DNA of 64,000 nucleotides from an uncultured Clostridiaceae bacterium (GTDB lineage Bacteria; Bacillota; Clostridia; TANB77; CAG-508): NCBI GenBank assembly GCA_947577025.1, contig CANPTO010000012.1, positions 1,484 to 65,483 of the forward strand, read 5' to 3'. Shown piece by piece: positions 29,894 to 40,391 of this stretch (position 1 is its first letter; each line of letters starts with the position of its first letter). The notes under the pieces were generated by a model. It saw only the letters and a program-made list of their open reading frames with translations, ran no database searches and was not told where the DNA came from. The position numbers and the translations under genes were made by a program.

Positions 29894-30402
29894 TATATTA
29901 ATATTATTACTACTGCTAGTCCTATTGTTATACCTAATGTTTTGTACATTTTTACGTATTTTTGCTTTTCTTCTTCGGCAAGTTCTATTTGTGTATCTAA
30001 AAAATTTTCTACTAATTCTACTTCATTTACTTGTCCTTCTATATCTACTTTTCCTAGTAGATTACTTAGGTTTTTTAGCACTTCTATATCTTCTTTTGTC
30101 ATATTTGTGTTTGATTCTTGCAATGCTTCTTCCCACGCTTTTCCTGCATTTTTCGTGTTCATCTTTTCACATACACTTTTAAAAATATTTGATATATTGG
30201 GTTTTGTTTTTTGCGATATTTCTTTAAATGTTTGTGGAATTGGCTCATATGTAAATTTTATTTTTGCGCTAAACATATTTAATGCATTTTTCATCTCTTT
30301 TAAATCTTTTACTCTGTTTAAATATTTTTTTGAAATTAGTATTCCTATGTATGATGTTGATGATAAAATTAATATTAGTGTTATGTATTTTATTATTTGC
30401 AT
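29893..30402 (-). CDS. spoIIIAB: stage III sporulation protein AB
   Basis: A 169-aa protein whose position and terminal transmembrane helices are typical of SpoIIIAB. Confidence 0.85.
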   Translation of the reverse strand: MQIIKYITLILILSSTSYIGILISKKYLNRVKDLKEMKNALNMFSAKIKFTYEPIPQTFKEISQKTKPNISNIFKSVCEKMNTKNAGKAWEEALQESNTNMTKEDIEVLKNLSNLLGKVDIEGQVNEVELVENFLDTQIELAEEEKQKYVKMYKTLGITIGLAVVIILI

Positions 30403-30468
30403 ATTTGTTACCTTGTCCTTTTTACATTTTCTATATTAATTATATTCAGTTGAATTTTGTTTTAGAAC

Positions 30469-30505
30469 AAAAAAAGACGGAAATATTTAATTTCCATCTT
30501 TTTTA
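30469..30505 (-). terminator. terminator-like hairpin between spoIIIAA and spoIIIAB
   Basis: The minus strand reads AAAAAAGATGGAAA-TTAAAT-ATTTCCGTC-TTTTTTT. Confidence 0.5.
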
Positions 30506-30718
30506 TTGTATTGTCGTCCTCCTTTTAAAGCACTTCTCTTAATATATGCATTAAAGCTACAATCTCTACAACTGCCATACATAACCATGCAACAATATTC
30601 ATTATCATAACTACTATACAATATTTTTTAATTTTACTCCGCGTCTCATAAATTATCATGTTTACGCTCCTTTCACAAAGTCAGTTTAAGTTTACATATT
30701 GTATGTATACATTATTTT

Positions 30719-31691
30719 CTAAAAATTGTAAATACTTTCATCCGATTTTATTTGTACATACAATTTTTCTTCTTTATTTAGTCCATATACTTTTTCAATT
30801 CCACACTTTTCTCTTTTATCACTTAAAAATATTATTCTTTCAAAACAATAGTTTTCTATTAATTTATTTAGTGCTGGGTTTAATTTTATGTCTTCTATGG
30901 AACTTCCATGTGCTGTAAATATTCCTTTTATTCCGCAACATATTCCATATCGTATCGCTTCTACATCTTCCATACTTCCTATTTCGTCTGCTACTATTAC
31001 TCTTGGGGACATTGAGCGAATTAGCATTGTCATTCCTAAATGTTTTGTTATTCCATCTAATATATCGGTTCTTATTCCTACGTCATTTTGTGGAATTCCT
31101 CTATACATTGCTGCTATTTCTCCTCTTTCGTCTACTACTCCTACATTTATTCCTTTAAAATGCATACTTTCTATTCCATTGCTAATTCTTTTTGTTAAGT
31201 CTCTTAGTAATGTTGTTTTTCCTACTCCTGGTGAAGATACTATTAGTGTACTATATATGTTATTTTCTTTAGGATTTATTACATATTTTATTATTTTATC
31301 ACTTACACCTAATATCTGTTTTGCAATTCTAAAGTTTAAACTTGATATGTATGAAATATTTAGCACCCTGCCATCTTTTATAACTGTATTACCTGCAATT
31401 CCTACTCTGTGCCCTCCTTTTAAGGTAATATATCCGGTTTACTATTTGGTTTTGATAGCTATATATAGAGTTATCACATATTTGCTGCAGAATTTCTAAT
31501 ATTTCTTCAGATGTTACATTATATTCAATTATTATTTCTGCTTGTCCTAATTTCATTATTATTGGTTTATTTACTCTTATTCGTATTTCTTCTAAGTAGT
31601 TTAAATTTATATTGTTTTTTACAAAATACTCGTCTATTTTTTTTACAGTGTTATTAGGAAAGCATCTTAAAATGCTATTTATATTTATCAT
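30719..31691 (-). CDS. spoIIIAA: stage III sporulation protein AA (ATPase); needs a +1 step at CGG 31434-31436
   Basis: Walker A SSPGVGKTTLLRD is present. The junction reads YSYQNQIVN|GYITLKGGHRVGIAGNTVIKDGRV. The joined length is about 323 aa. Confidence 0.9.
31434..31436 (-). other. in-frame CGG at a +1 frame junction
   Basis: The sense strand reads AAC-CGG-ATA. The downstream frame is closed by TAA at 31441-31439, which pins the switch to this codon. Confidence 0.85.
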
Positions 31692-31888
31692 AATATTAAT
31701 ATTATATGTTTCTTTAAAATTTTTAGAACTATAAAATCTTTTTTTACAACTCTATTTTTTTAAAAAAGGCTACACAAAATGAATAATGTGTGGTAAAATG
31801 TTTTTGTTAATTAAGAATGAATAATGAATGGTGAATAGTTTTTAAATTTGCCGTTTGCAATTTTTAAAGAAAGTGAGGATGATTGTAT

Positions 31889-32614
31889 ATGTCAGGACAT
31901 TCAAAGTGGCATAATATTGCAGCTAAAAAGGGAAAGGCTGATGCGGCAAGGGGTAAGGTTTTTACTAAACTTGGTAGAGAACTTTTAATTGCGGTTAAGC
32001 AAGGTGGTCCAGACCCTGCTGGTAACTCTAAATTAAAAGATGTTATTGCTAAGTGTAAAGCTGCTAATATGCCTAATGACACTATAAATAATGCTATTAA
32101 AAAGGCTGCTGGTGCAGGTAATAGTGAAAACTATGAAGAGGTTATTTATGAAGGTTATGGTCCTAATGGTATTGCTGTTATCGTTGAGGCAGCTACTGAT
32201 AATAAAAATCGAACAGCTGCTGATGTAAGACATGCTTTTTCTAAATGTGGCGGTAACCTTGGAACTTCTGGCTGCGTTTCTTACCTTTTTGCTAAAAAAG
32301 GGGTAATTGTTATTGATAAAGCTAATTGTTCTTTAGATGAAGATAGTTTTATGATGCTTGTTCTAGATGCAGGTGCTGACGATTTTTCAGTTGAAGAAGA
32401 AGTTTATGAAATTACTACTTCTCCTGAATTATTTTCAGAAGTAAGAGAAAAGTTAGAAACTGAAGGTTTAGAGTTTTTAGAGGCTGGAATTCAAATGGTT
32501 CCTTCTACTTATGTAGCTTTAGATGAAGCTGGAAGTAGCAAAATGGAAAGGCTAATTGAAATGTTAGAAGATCTAGACGATGTTTCTGAAATTTACCATA
32601 ACTGGGAAGAATAA
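31889..32614 (+). CDS. yebC: YebC/PmpR-family transcriptional regulator
   Basis: It starts [32 protein letters not shown]. The ATG at 31889 is preferred to the track TTG at 31883. Confidence 0.95.
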   Translation: MSGHSKWHNIAAKKGKADAARGKVFTKLGRELLIAVKQGGPDPAGNSKLKDVIAKCKAANMPNDTINNAIKKAAGAGNSENYEEVIYEGYGPNGIAVIVEAATDNKNRTAADVRHAFSKCGGNLGTSGCVSYLFAKKGVIVIDKANCSLDEDSFMMLVLDAGADDFSVEEEVYEITTSPELFSEVREKLETEGLEFLEAGIQMVPSTYVALDEAGSSKMERLIEMLEDLDDVSEIYHNWEE

Positions 32615-32721
32615 AAATTTTTTAAACTTTTAATTATATTATAAAAAGTAGCTAATGTTATCATTAACTACTTTTTATATGCCTGTAAGTTCTATTTATG
32701 TTTGTTTCTTTTAAATATATC

Positions 32722-34188
32722 TTAATTTTTTTCTATTGATGCATTTTTGTTATTGCTATTGTTTTTTACATCACTTTGATATAAGTTCTCTACTATTTCT
32801 CTTATTACTATTTTCTTTTGTTCTGAACGTTTTAATTTTTCCGAAATATAGAGTTTGCAAACTGTTACATTGTCGTTATTATTTATTGCAAACCATACAT
32901 TATTTAACTCAAATACTGGATTATTTGGATCTATTCTTCCTAGTTGCCCTGTTACACCTATTCCAATATTTGCTTTTGCTGATTTTCTTGCAGCTTTTGC
33001 CATTTTTTTAGCTGTTTGTGCACTATATACTGTATATTTTTCTATTGTCTTTTTTGGTACACCTTGTCTTATTTTTGCTTCGTTACAATAAGTAACATAG
33101 CTTTCTTTTAGTACACTTGATGCTCCCGATACATTTGTTATTTCACTAGCTACCGCCCCTCCTGTGCAGCTTTCCATGGTTACGATTGTCTGTTTATTTT
33201 CTGCCAACTTTTTTACAATCTCTTCCATTTTTTCTTCTGCATCTTTTTGCTTGCTATACCTTTGTTCTATCAATGGCATTATATCTTTACCTCTTGATAG
33301 AAGACCTTTTTTGGCTGTTTCTTTTATGCATTCATTTGTTATTTGATACTCATATGTTATGTTATCTTTTATTAAAGTCATAATAAATACTAACATATCA
33401 CTGCAAGTCTTTTCCCTCTTTGCTTTTAACGCATTCAACCACTCTTGTATTTTTTGCCTCTCAGGTATTTCGTATAATTGTACATATGACGAACCTACTT
33501 TTTTTCCTTTATAATCATACCATTTTTGACCATTTTGTATGATTTGCTCTATAGAAAATGTTTCTATTGGTGTTAAACATAAGCATTTTTTCTCTAGTTC
33601 TTCATAGGAAATTTCATATTCAGCTGCAAGTCTTTTTGCCTCTTGTTTTTCTGCCTTTATTGCTTTTGAGCTTTTAAATGAAATAGTATCTACCATCATT
33701 GATATAATTATTTCATTTACTTCCTCTTTACTTATTGGAAAGTTTACTTCTTTCATCATTTGATAAATTATGTATGCTGTTGCACTTGATGCTTTTTCAT
33801 GCACAAATTTGTAGTTAAGTCCTTGGTTATTTTTATGATGATCTATTATTCCTATTACACTACCTAAATGTTTTGTTTCATAATGGTCAACTAAAAATAG
33901 TACCCTATTTTCTTCTTCTTTTCCCTGGTATTTTTTTAAATCTCTGCCTGTTAGTTCTTTAATTATTTTGTATGTCTCGTTTTCTTCTACTTTATCAATA
34001 ATTAAGAACTGATTTTCAATTTTAAGAAAATCAAGTAGTTTTGACAACAATATTCCTGATAGAGCAGCATCTACATCTATATTGTCATGACCTATTATTG
34101 TTACTTTTTTTCCCTTTAAAGTACTTATAAGCTGCTCTACGTTATCTTGTGTTGATGCTTTTAATGAATTGCCATTTGTCATTTTCAT
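32722..34188 (-). CDS. DHH-family phosphoesterase fused to a CinA C-terminal / PncC-like (NMN amidohydrolase) domain
   Basis: The N-terminal half has DHH motifs (IIGHDNIDVDAALS, IIDHHKN). The C-terminal 150 aa read TMESCTGGAVASEITNVSGASSVLKESYVTYCNEAK...GIGVTGQLG. Confidence 0.7.
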   Translation of the reverse strand: MKMTNGNSLKASTQDNVEQLISTLKGKKVTIIGHDNIDVDAALSGILLSKLLDFLKIENQFLIIDKVEENETYKIIKELTGRDLKKYQGKEEENRVLFLVDHYETKHLGSVIGIIDHHKNNQGLNYKFVHEKASSATAYIIYQMMKEVNFPISKEEVNEIIISMMVDTISFKSSKAIKAEKQEAKRLAAEYEISYEELEKKCLCLTPIETFSIEQIIQNGQKWYDYKGKKVGSSYVQLYEIPERQKIQEWLNALKAKREKTCSDMLVFIMTLIKDNITYEYQITNECIKETAKKGLLSRGKDIMPLIEQRYSKQKDAEEKMEEIVKKLAENKQTIVTMESCTGGAVASEITNVSGASSVLKESYVTYCNEAKIRQGVPKKTIEKYTVYSAQTAKKMAKAARKSAKANIGIGVTGQLGRIDPNNPVFELNNVWFAINNNDNVTVCKLYISEKLKRSEQKKIVIREIVENLYQSDVKNNSNNKNASIEKN

Positions 34189-34278
34189 AGTAGCTCCTTT
34201 CTTGCAAATTATTGCGTTACTTTTTAAATTGTTCTTTTCAATTATAGCATTATGTTCTATTTATGTCAATTTTTTTCA

Positions 34279-34530
34279 TTTACATTTTTCCTCTGTGAAT
34301 AACTTTTGATTAGTTCACCCTATGACTCTTGACATTGAGCCTCTATAAATGCGTTTTAATAGCCATTAGGAGCAAGCATATTAAAATATATAAATGGCTT
34401 GCCTAATGGATTTTAGGCTAACACATTTATACTCAATGTAAAGAGTATATAAATCATAGGGTGAACAATTCATAAGTTAAATTTAGGGTGAACTAATCAT
34501 AAATTAATCACACATTTACATTTTTCCTCT
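34279..34530. repeat. composite MITE-like element
   Basis: There is a direct repeat tttacatttttcctct (34279 and about 34515). Inverted arms gattagttcaccctatga pair with tcatagggtgaac and tagggtgaactaatcat. Confidence 0.55.
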
Positions 34531-34615
34531 TGACTTTTTTTTGTTTATTGTGTATTATCTATACATACATTTGATAAAAGGTTGCTTTTGTGACTTTAAG
34601 TTTGGAGGTTTTATT

Positions 34616-34951
34616 ATGTCAAAGTTTTTAAAGATATCATTAATTTTATTAGTTATTCTTTTTTCTATATCTAGCTTTTGTTGTGCAACTGATATAGATA
34701 TGAATATTACTGACAATAATTATTCTGAGAATGGAGAAAGTACTAACACACGTTCTACAGGTACATCAAATGCAGCAAATGAGGCAGCTACAACATCTAA
34801 CAATAATAGTTCTACTTCTATCTCTAGTGTAAAACAATCTGATTCTTCAGATGGTTTAGGTTTAACTAACATTTTAAATATTTTACTAATTGTTGTTGGT
34901 GTAGTTTTAATTTTATTAGCAATCGCTATTTTAATAAGATTATTTAATTAG
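34616..34951 (+). CDS. secreted/anchored low-complexity Ser/Thr/Asn-rich protein
   Basis: A GGAGG site, an N-terminal signal-like helix and a C-terminal transmembrane helix are present. The start at 34616 is preferred to the track start. Confidence 0.5.
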   Translation: MSKFLKISLILLVILFSISSFCCATDIDMNITDNNYSENGESTNTRSTGTSNAANEAATTSNNNSSTSISSVKQSDSSDGLGLTNILNILLIVVGVVLILLAIAILIRLFN

Positions 34952-35164
34952 TTTTTAAGATATATGAAAATATATCTTTTTTATTTGCAAAATTTATTGA
35001 TTTTATTTATATTTATTATTTCTTGTTTTACTTTTTATATTTCTCCAATTTTTTGAAGTTATTTTTTATGTGTATATTTTATTTATATTTTTTTATACTA
35101 ATATTGAATTTAATTTTCATGAACATAAATGTATCTAAAAATTCAAATATATAAGGAGGTTAGT

Positions 35165-35623
35165 ATGAAAAAGAAACTTTATATATCTATATTAGCTATA
35201 ATTGCTGCTACACTATTTGCATTTTCTTATTCATTTGCTGCAAATGATATAAAGGCTGTAGATGGTATTAGAAATGTTGTTGGTGGAGCTGAAAATGTGG
35301 TTGAAGATGCTGGAAAAGGTATAGTAGATGGCGTTCGAAATATAACTTCTAATGGTGAAAATATGATGGGAAATGTAGCTGGTAATACTGGTACTACAAT
35401 GCAAAACGCTGGAAATGGTATAGCAGAAAGTTTAACTAACGATAATAATGGTTATGATGCTACAAGAACTACAACAAGAAGTGCTGTAGATGCTAGTGAA
35501 GGAACTTTTCTTGGTATGAATGGTACTGTATGGACTTGGCTTATAATGGCTGTTGTAGGTATAGCTATTGTTGCTCTTGTGTGGATGTATGCTAAACAAA
35601 ATAATAATTCTTATAATGATTAA
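35165..35623 (+). CDS. secreted/anchored Gly/Asn-rich protein
   Basis: An AAGGAGG site, a signal-like N-terminus and a C-terminal transmembrane helix (WTWLIMAVVGIAIVALVWMY) are present. Confidence 0.5.
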   Translation: MKKKLYISILAIIAATLFAFSYSFAANDIKAVDGIRNVVGGAENVVEDAGKGIVDGVRNITSNGENMMGNVAGNTGTTMQNAGNGIAESLTNDNNGYDATRTTTRSAVDASEGTFLGMNGTVWTWLIMAVVGIAIVALVWMYAKQNNNSYND

Positions 35624-35674
35624 TAAAAAATCGTTACAATTAATATTCGATAATTTAATATTATGAATTATGTG

Positions 35675-35748
35675 GGTAAGTTAGATTTGTTATTGTAAAA
35701 AATAGTAGAATTTTTTACAATAACAAATCTAACTTACCAATTATATTC
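35675..35748. terminator. very long perfect hairpin (about 27-bp stem)
   Basis: ggtaagttagatttgttattgtaaaaaat pairs with attttttacaataacaaatctaacttacc, downstream of 35165..35623. Confidence 0.6.
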
Positions 35749-36106
35749 TCTATTTTAATATTACTCTTGCAGAGTTTCTACTTAGCTGTATTTCTATATT
35801 ATTGTTTTTTGCTTTTTTTAAACTTTTTACGATATTTTTGTCGTCTTTTTTATTATACTTTTGGCATATTTCTTTGCCAACATTTTATGACTTTTTTATC
35901 GTATTTGTTTTGACTTAGAGCAAGGAAAGATTTGGACGCGTCCCAAATCTTTCTTTCCAAATCTTTCCTTGAAGAGCAGTATGTAGCCTTAGCATATCAA
36001 AACGACATGAAAAGAGACATGCCTTTTGTTGAATTTGTATTTTTTTTATATTTGTGTTATAATATAGTTAGTTATTTGTAAATTTTGTTTCATAAGGAGG
36101 TTTCTT

Positions 36107-36295
36107 ATGTTTGATACTTTTAGAGTTGGTGTGGCAAGTACCTATTTGAATAGGGTTCCTAGTTCTGTTACTGTTTTTAGTGTTAGAAAAGAAAGAAAGG
36201 TGGAAGATGTACATCCTGTCCACACGGGGAAACGCTTTAATCACAATAGCGGAACTAAAGCTAACTTTGCAACTCACATCGACGTTAGTATTTAA
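36107..36295 (+). CDS. hypothetical small protein (62 aa)
   Basis: A strong AAGGAGG site precedes it and a terminator follows at 36296-36336. It is GC-richer than its surroundings. I recognise no family. Confidence 0.35.
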   Translation: MFDTFRVGVASTYLNRVPSSVTVFSVRKERKVEDVHPVHTGKRFNHNSGTKANFATHIDVSI

Positions 36296-36316
36296 AGAAA
36301 AAACCTTGGACTTTAT

Positions 36317-38227
36317 TTAGTCTAAGGTTTTTTCTTTTAGTTCTATATTGTTCTCATTTATTTGTATTTTATATAATGTGTTTTCTTTTATCTCGACTTT
36401 TGTTTTAAATTCATCATTTATAGCTTGGTTTAGCTTTTCATCAGTGCTTACAATATATATATATTGTATATTTTGTTCTTTAATTTCTTCTTTTATTCTA
36501 CTTACTGTTTCTTTTGTTATATTATTACATACTTTTACTTCGTGTTCTGGATATAAATAATATTTTATCATTAGGTTAAATATATTTGTTTTTTCATTTT
36601 GTGATATACTTATTATTGATGAATTTTCTTCTATGTTTTGGTGTATTTTTTTTGCTGGTATTCTTCCATTATTGCAATATTCTATTGATTGTATATTATA
36701 TATTCCTGAACTTATAGTTACATTTGCTATTGATTGCAGAGGTGTAAATGCTATTATTATACTTAGAAGTATGCAAAAGTTTATTTTTTTGTCTTGCTTT
36801 TCTTGCATATTTTTTATTATGATTGCTACTGTATAATATATTATTCCTAGTAAAAATGTTGGCAAGTACCTATTTAAGCCATTGTGATCTAGCATTTCTT
36901 GGGTTGAGAATTTTAGTATATATGATAATTGTAAAAATGCTATATATATTGCTAAACCTATTGTTAGCACTATTGCTTCATTTGCAAATTTTCTTTTGTT
37001 TTCTTGTTTTATTATATATTTGTATGATATTAATAGAATTATTTCTATTATTGCTATTACTCCATATATTGATATTCTTATTGGTGCTATTGTTGCTATT
37101 ACTCCATATATTTTTGGTATTAAGTCATTAGTTGAGTCTGCTGCATTATGATTTTCTTCGTAGTATCCAAATGTTGTTGTTAGTATACTTTTTAGTGTAT
37201 ATGTTACTGAGCTTTCGCCTACTCTTGAGTTATCTGTTCCTCGTACTTCTTTATTATATTTACTATTTATATTTGCAAATATTTTCCATGATAGTAGTGT
37301 TATTATTATTATTATTGTTATTATTATAATTTCTTTTAATTCTTTTGATTTTAGGAATTTTTTTATATTTTCTTTTTTATTACATTTATTGTTTAGTAAT
37401 TGTATTAAAAAATACATTCCTATTACAATCACTGAAATATAAAATCCCGCAGGCTTTGTTATTGTTGCAATTGCTAGTATTAGGCTTACTGGTAAGACTT
37501 TAAATTTACTACTTTTTTCTGCGCAAAGTGTATACATGCTATATCCTATTATTAATCCTAATAGTGCGTCTGGATAGGCTGATTGATAAAATATTAAGTT
37601 TGCTAATATTGCTGGCATACATATTATTGTTATTGATATTACAATATTCAAAAATTTTGTATTTTTGTTTTGGTCAAATAATGGTATTAGTAGTGAAAAT
37701 CCTAAAATTTGTACTGCTAATGCTTCTACACCTTGTACATATACTCCTATTATTTTCATAAAGAAATATTCTAGTAAGTTAATTCCTGGTGGATATAATG
37801 CACTATAGCCTTTACTTATACAGTCTGTGTTATACATTACTTTTGTGTTAAAACTTCTGTATAAGTAATGATCATAGTCTACTAGAGTTTTGTTATATGT
37901 TGTTATCATTAGTATAAAGAATACTATGCTAAAAAATGTGAAGCCTGGTGTTAATATTTTTTCTTTTAATTCTCCCATTGTTTTCATATTTTTTGCTATT
38001 GTATATATTCCTAATATAATATTTGTTACTGCAATTATCCATACTCCATATTTTAATATTTCAAATATTCCAAATATGTATAGTGCTAAAATTATTATTC
38101 CTATATTTGGCGCTATACATTTTTCTATCTTTTTATTTGATTTATAAGCTATAAATATACTTCCTGATACTATTATTAAATATAATAGTATATATCTTGA
38201 TATTATTTGTAATACTTCCATTTTCAT
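36317..38227 (-). CDS. large polytopic membrane protein (636 aa), possibly a GT-C-like glycosyltransferase
   Basis: At least 12 predicted transmembrane helices plus a C-terminal soluble domain. It lies next to the glycan locus. I cannot assign a family with confidence. Confidence 0.55.
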   Translation of the reverse strand: MKMEVLQIISRYILLYLIIVSGSIFIAYKSNKKIEKCIAPNIGIIILALYIFGIFEILKYGVWIIAVTNIILGIYTIAKNMKTMGELKEKILTPGFTFFSIVFFILMITTYNKTLVDYDHYLYRSFNTKVMYNTDCISKGYSALYPPGINLLEYFFMKIIGVYVQGVEALAVQILGFSLLIPLFDQNKNTKFLNIVISITIICMPAILANLIFYQSAYPDALLGLIIGYSMYTLCAEKSSKFKVLPVSLILAIATITKPAGFYISVIVIGMYFLIQLLNNKCNKKENIKKFLKSKELKEIIIITIIIIITLLSWKIFANINSKYNKEVRGTDNSRVGESSVTYTLKSILTTTFGYYEENHNAADSTNDLIPKIYGVIATIAPIRISIYGVIAIIEIILLISYKYIIKQENKRKFANEAIVLTIGLAIYIAFLQLSYILKFSTQEMLDHNGLNRYLPTFLLGIIYYTVAIIIKNMQEKQDKKINFCILLSIIIAFTPLQSIANVTISSGIYNIQSIEYCNNGRIPAKKIHQNIEENSSIISISQNEKTNIFNLMIKYYLYPEHEVKVCNNITKETVSRIKEEIKEQNIQYIYIVSTDEKLNQAINDEFKTKVEIKENTLYKIQINENNIELKEKTLD

Positions 38228-38439
38228 TTCCTTTCTTTAATGCTTTTATTTATTCGCATTTTATATTGTTACTATATCATTCTTATATGTACTTTTCAAG
38301 CTATGCCTTTGAAGTCACCTTGTTGAAGTCTGGATTTTAAATCGATTTTTGCTATGCTAGAAACAAAAGGACAGGTAAATTGACACACTTTATATTTTAA
38401 AGGTGTATTAATTTAACCTGCCCCTTTTGGCTCACTTTT

Positions 38440-39288
38440 TTATTTTTGTGATATTTCAGATTTTATATATCTTTCTAATCCGTTTTGCCATGTTGGAATA
38501 ATTATTCCTTGTTTCACAATTTTTTCTTTTGAGAGCATTGAATTTTTTGGCCTTTTGGCTGGCCTCGGGAATTCTTCGGTTGTTACTGGATTTATGCTAC
38601 ATGGTATGTTCACTAATTTAAATATTTCCTTTGTGAAATTGTACCATGTTGTAAATCCTTCGCTTGTTGCATGGTATATGCCATATGGAATTTTCTTTTC
38701 TAGTGCTTTATATATTATATCTGCTAGGTCTACTGCATATGTTGGACTTCCATATTGGTCTGATACCACATTTACTTCATTTTTTTCTTTTCCTAATTTT
38801 ATCATGGTTCTTACAAAGTTGTTTCCTTCGCCATAAAGCCATGCTGTTCTAAATATATAGAATTTTGTAGTATTTTGGCAAATTTGATTTTCTCCTTCTA
38901 ATTTTGTAATTCCATATACTGTTACTGGCTCTTTTGGGTCTTCTTCTTTGTATGCTTTTTCTAATGGTAGATTTCCTCCAAATACATAGTCTGTACTTAT
39001 ATGAATAAGTATGCTGTTGTTTTTTGCCGATGCTATTGCTAGGTTTTTTACTCCTTCACAATTTACTTTTCTTGCCGCTTCTTTTTCCTCTTCTGCTTTG
39101 TCTACTGCTGTGTAGGCTGCACAGTTTATTATGACTTTTGGATTACTGCTACTTATAAATTCCGCTACTTTTTGTGCATTTGTAATGTCTAATTCTTTTG
39201 AACCTGTTAATATTAGTTCCTCTTTTTCAAACCGCTTCTTTACTGCTTTTGCAAGCATTCCGTTTGCTCCTGTTATTAAGATTTTCAT
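38440..39288 (-). CDS. rfbD: dTDP-4-dehydrorhamnose reductase
   Basis: The sequence contains MKILITGANGMLAK...ELDITN...IINCAAYTAVDKAEEE. The ATG at 39288 with a GAGG site is preferred to the track GTG at 39303. It is GC-richer than its neighbours, and the in-frame CGG at 39232-39234 is read through in frame. Confidence 0.9.
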   Translation of the reverse strand: MKILITGANGMLAKAVKKRFEKEELILTGSKELDITNAQKVAEFISSSNPKVIINCAAYTAVDKAEEEKEAARKVNCEGVKNLAIASAKNNSILIHISTDYVFGGNLPLEKAYKEEDPKEPVTVYGITKLEGENQICQNTTKFYIFRTAWLYGEGNNFVRTMIKLGKEKNEVNVVSDQYGSPTYAVDLADIIYKALEKKIPYGIYHATSEGFTTWYNFTKEIFKLVNIPCSINPVTTEEFPRPAKRPKNSMLSKEKIVKQGIIIPTWQNGLERYIKSEISQK

Positions 39289-39356
39289 TGTGCTATACCT
39301 CACTTTTTATATAATTTGTTTGCTGTTACATTTGTATTATACTCTAAAATTCCATA

Positions 39357-39523
39357 AAAAACAAGAATAAAATTTTCTAAGCTCATTACACAGTATATCA
39401 TATCTGTAATTCCCTACGGTCAAACAGCTATGAAATCTTCGCTAAGAAAATCTAATTCTTCCATAACTATCTTCTAAGGAAACTCACCGCTATCGCGGAT
39501 GACTTTCCTAAGAATATAAAAAA
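39357..39523. repeat. mosaic intergenic repeat, copy A (inverted partner at 54501-54727)
   Basis: 39357-39488 is identical by hand alignment to the reverse complement of 54596-54727. The distal motif ctatcgYggatgactttSctaagaatataaaaaa is also shared. Confidence 0.85.
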
Positions 39524-39635
39524 CAATATTTTTGTAACATAACTATAGTTAAGCACTTGAAGCTTGGTCGCTCAATATCGCCTCTACAGCTTTTGTAGCC
39601 AGTCTTTGCAGATTTATTACAAAATTAAATTGTAG

Positions 39636-40391
39636 CTATTTTTTTGCCTTTATCATTTCGGTTAGTGTTTTTATTATTCTTTTTAAATTTACTATATATC
39701 TGTGTTTTATTTTATTGTTTTTTAATACTTTATTTGCTTCTTTTAAGTTTTCTATATAACCTTTTATACCTGCTGTACTTGCTCCACCTGCTCTCATATA
39801 TATTAAGTATTCATTTATATAGGATAATTTTATGCTTTTTTCTTTCATTACTCTTATCATAAAGTCATAGTCTGCTGCAATTTTATAGTTTATGTTAAAT
39901 ACTCCTATTTTTTCATATACTTCTTTTTTTAAATATAGTGTTGGGTGTGCAGGGTGCCAACCATTTTCTAGTTTTCCTTCTGGTGAGTTCCATATTCTTT
40001 GTGGTTTTGACATTGTTTCTTCGTCCATATATATTAGGTTTGCATATGTTGCATCACATTTTGTTTCTTTGAATTTATTTACTATTTTCTCTAGTACTGT
40101 TTCGTTTGCATATATATCGTCTGAATTTAGTATTCCTATAATATCTCCTGTTGCTATTTTTATTCCTTTATTCATTGCATCATATAACCCTAAGTCTTTT
40201 TCACTTATATATTTTAATTTTCCATTATACTTTGTTTCATATTTTTTTACTATTTGCATTGTATTATCTTTTGATAAACCATCTACTATTATGTGTTCAT
40301 AGTTTTTGTATGTTTGTTTTAATACTGATTCTAGAGTATATTTTAGCGTTTTTTCTGAGTTGTAGGTTACTGTTATTATTGATACTTTCAT
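39636..40391 (-). CDS. family 2 glycosyltransferase
   Basis: The sequence contains MKVSIITVTYNSEKTL...VDGLSKDNT...DSDDIY. Confidence 0.85.
   Translation of the reverse strand: MKVSIITVTYNSEKTLKYTLESVLKQTYKNYEHIIVDGLSKDNTMQIVKKYETKYNGKLKYISEKDLGLYDAMNKGIKIATGDIIGILNSDDIYANETVLEKIVNKFKETKCDATYANLIYMDEETMSKPQRIWNSPEGKLENGWHPAHPTLYLKKEVYEKIGVFNINYKIAADYDFMIRVMKEKSIKLSYINEYLIYMRAGGASTAGIKGYIENLKEANKVLKNNKIKHRYIVNLKRIIKTLTEMIKAKK

Noticed and set aside
30525-30608. A 27-codon hydrophobic mini-ORF in the spoIIIAA-AB spacer, considered as a real gene.
   Set aside because: It has no convincing Shine-Dalgarno sequence and is too short to evaluate without comparative data. It is mentioned only within a finding.
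36068-36277. A minus-strand 69-aa ORF overlapping the small plus-strand ORF 36107..36295.
   Set aside because: It has no ribosome-binding site, whereas the plus-strand ORF has a strong AAGGAGG site and a terminator. Even the plus-strand call is kept only at low confidence.
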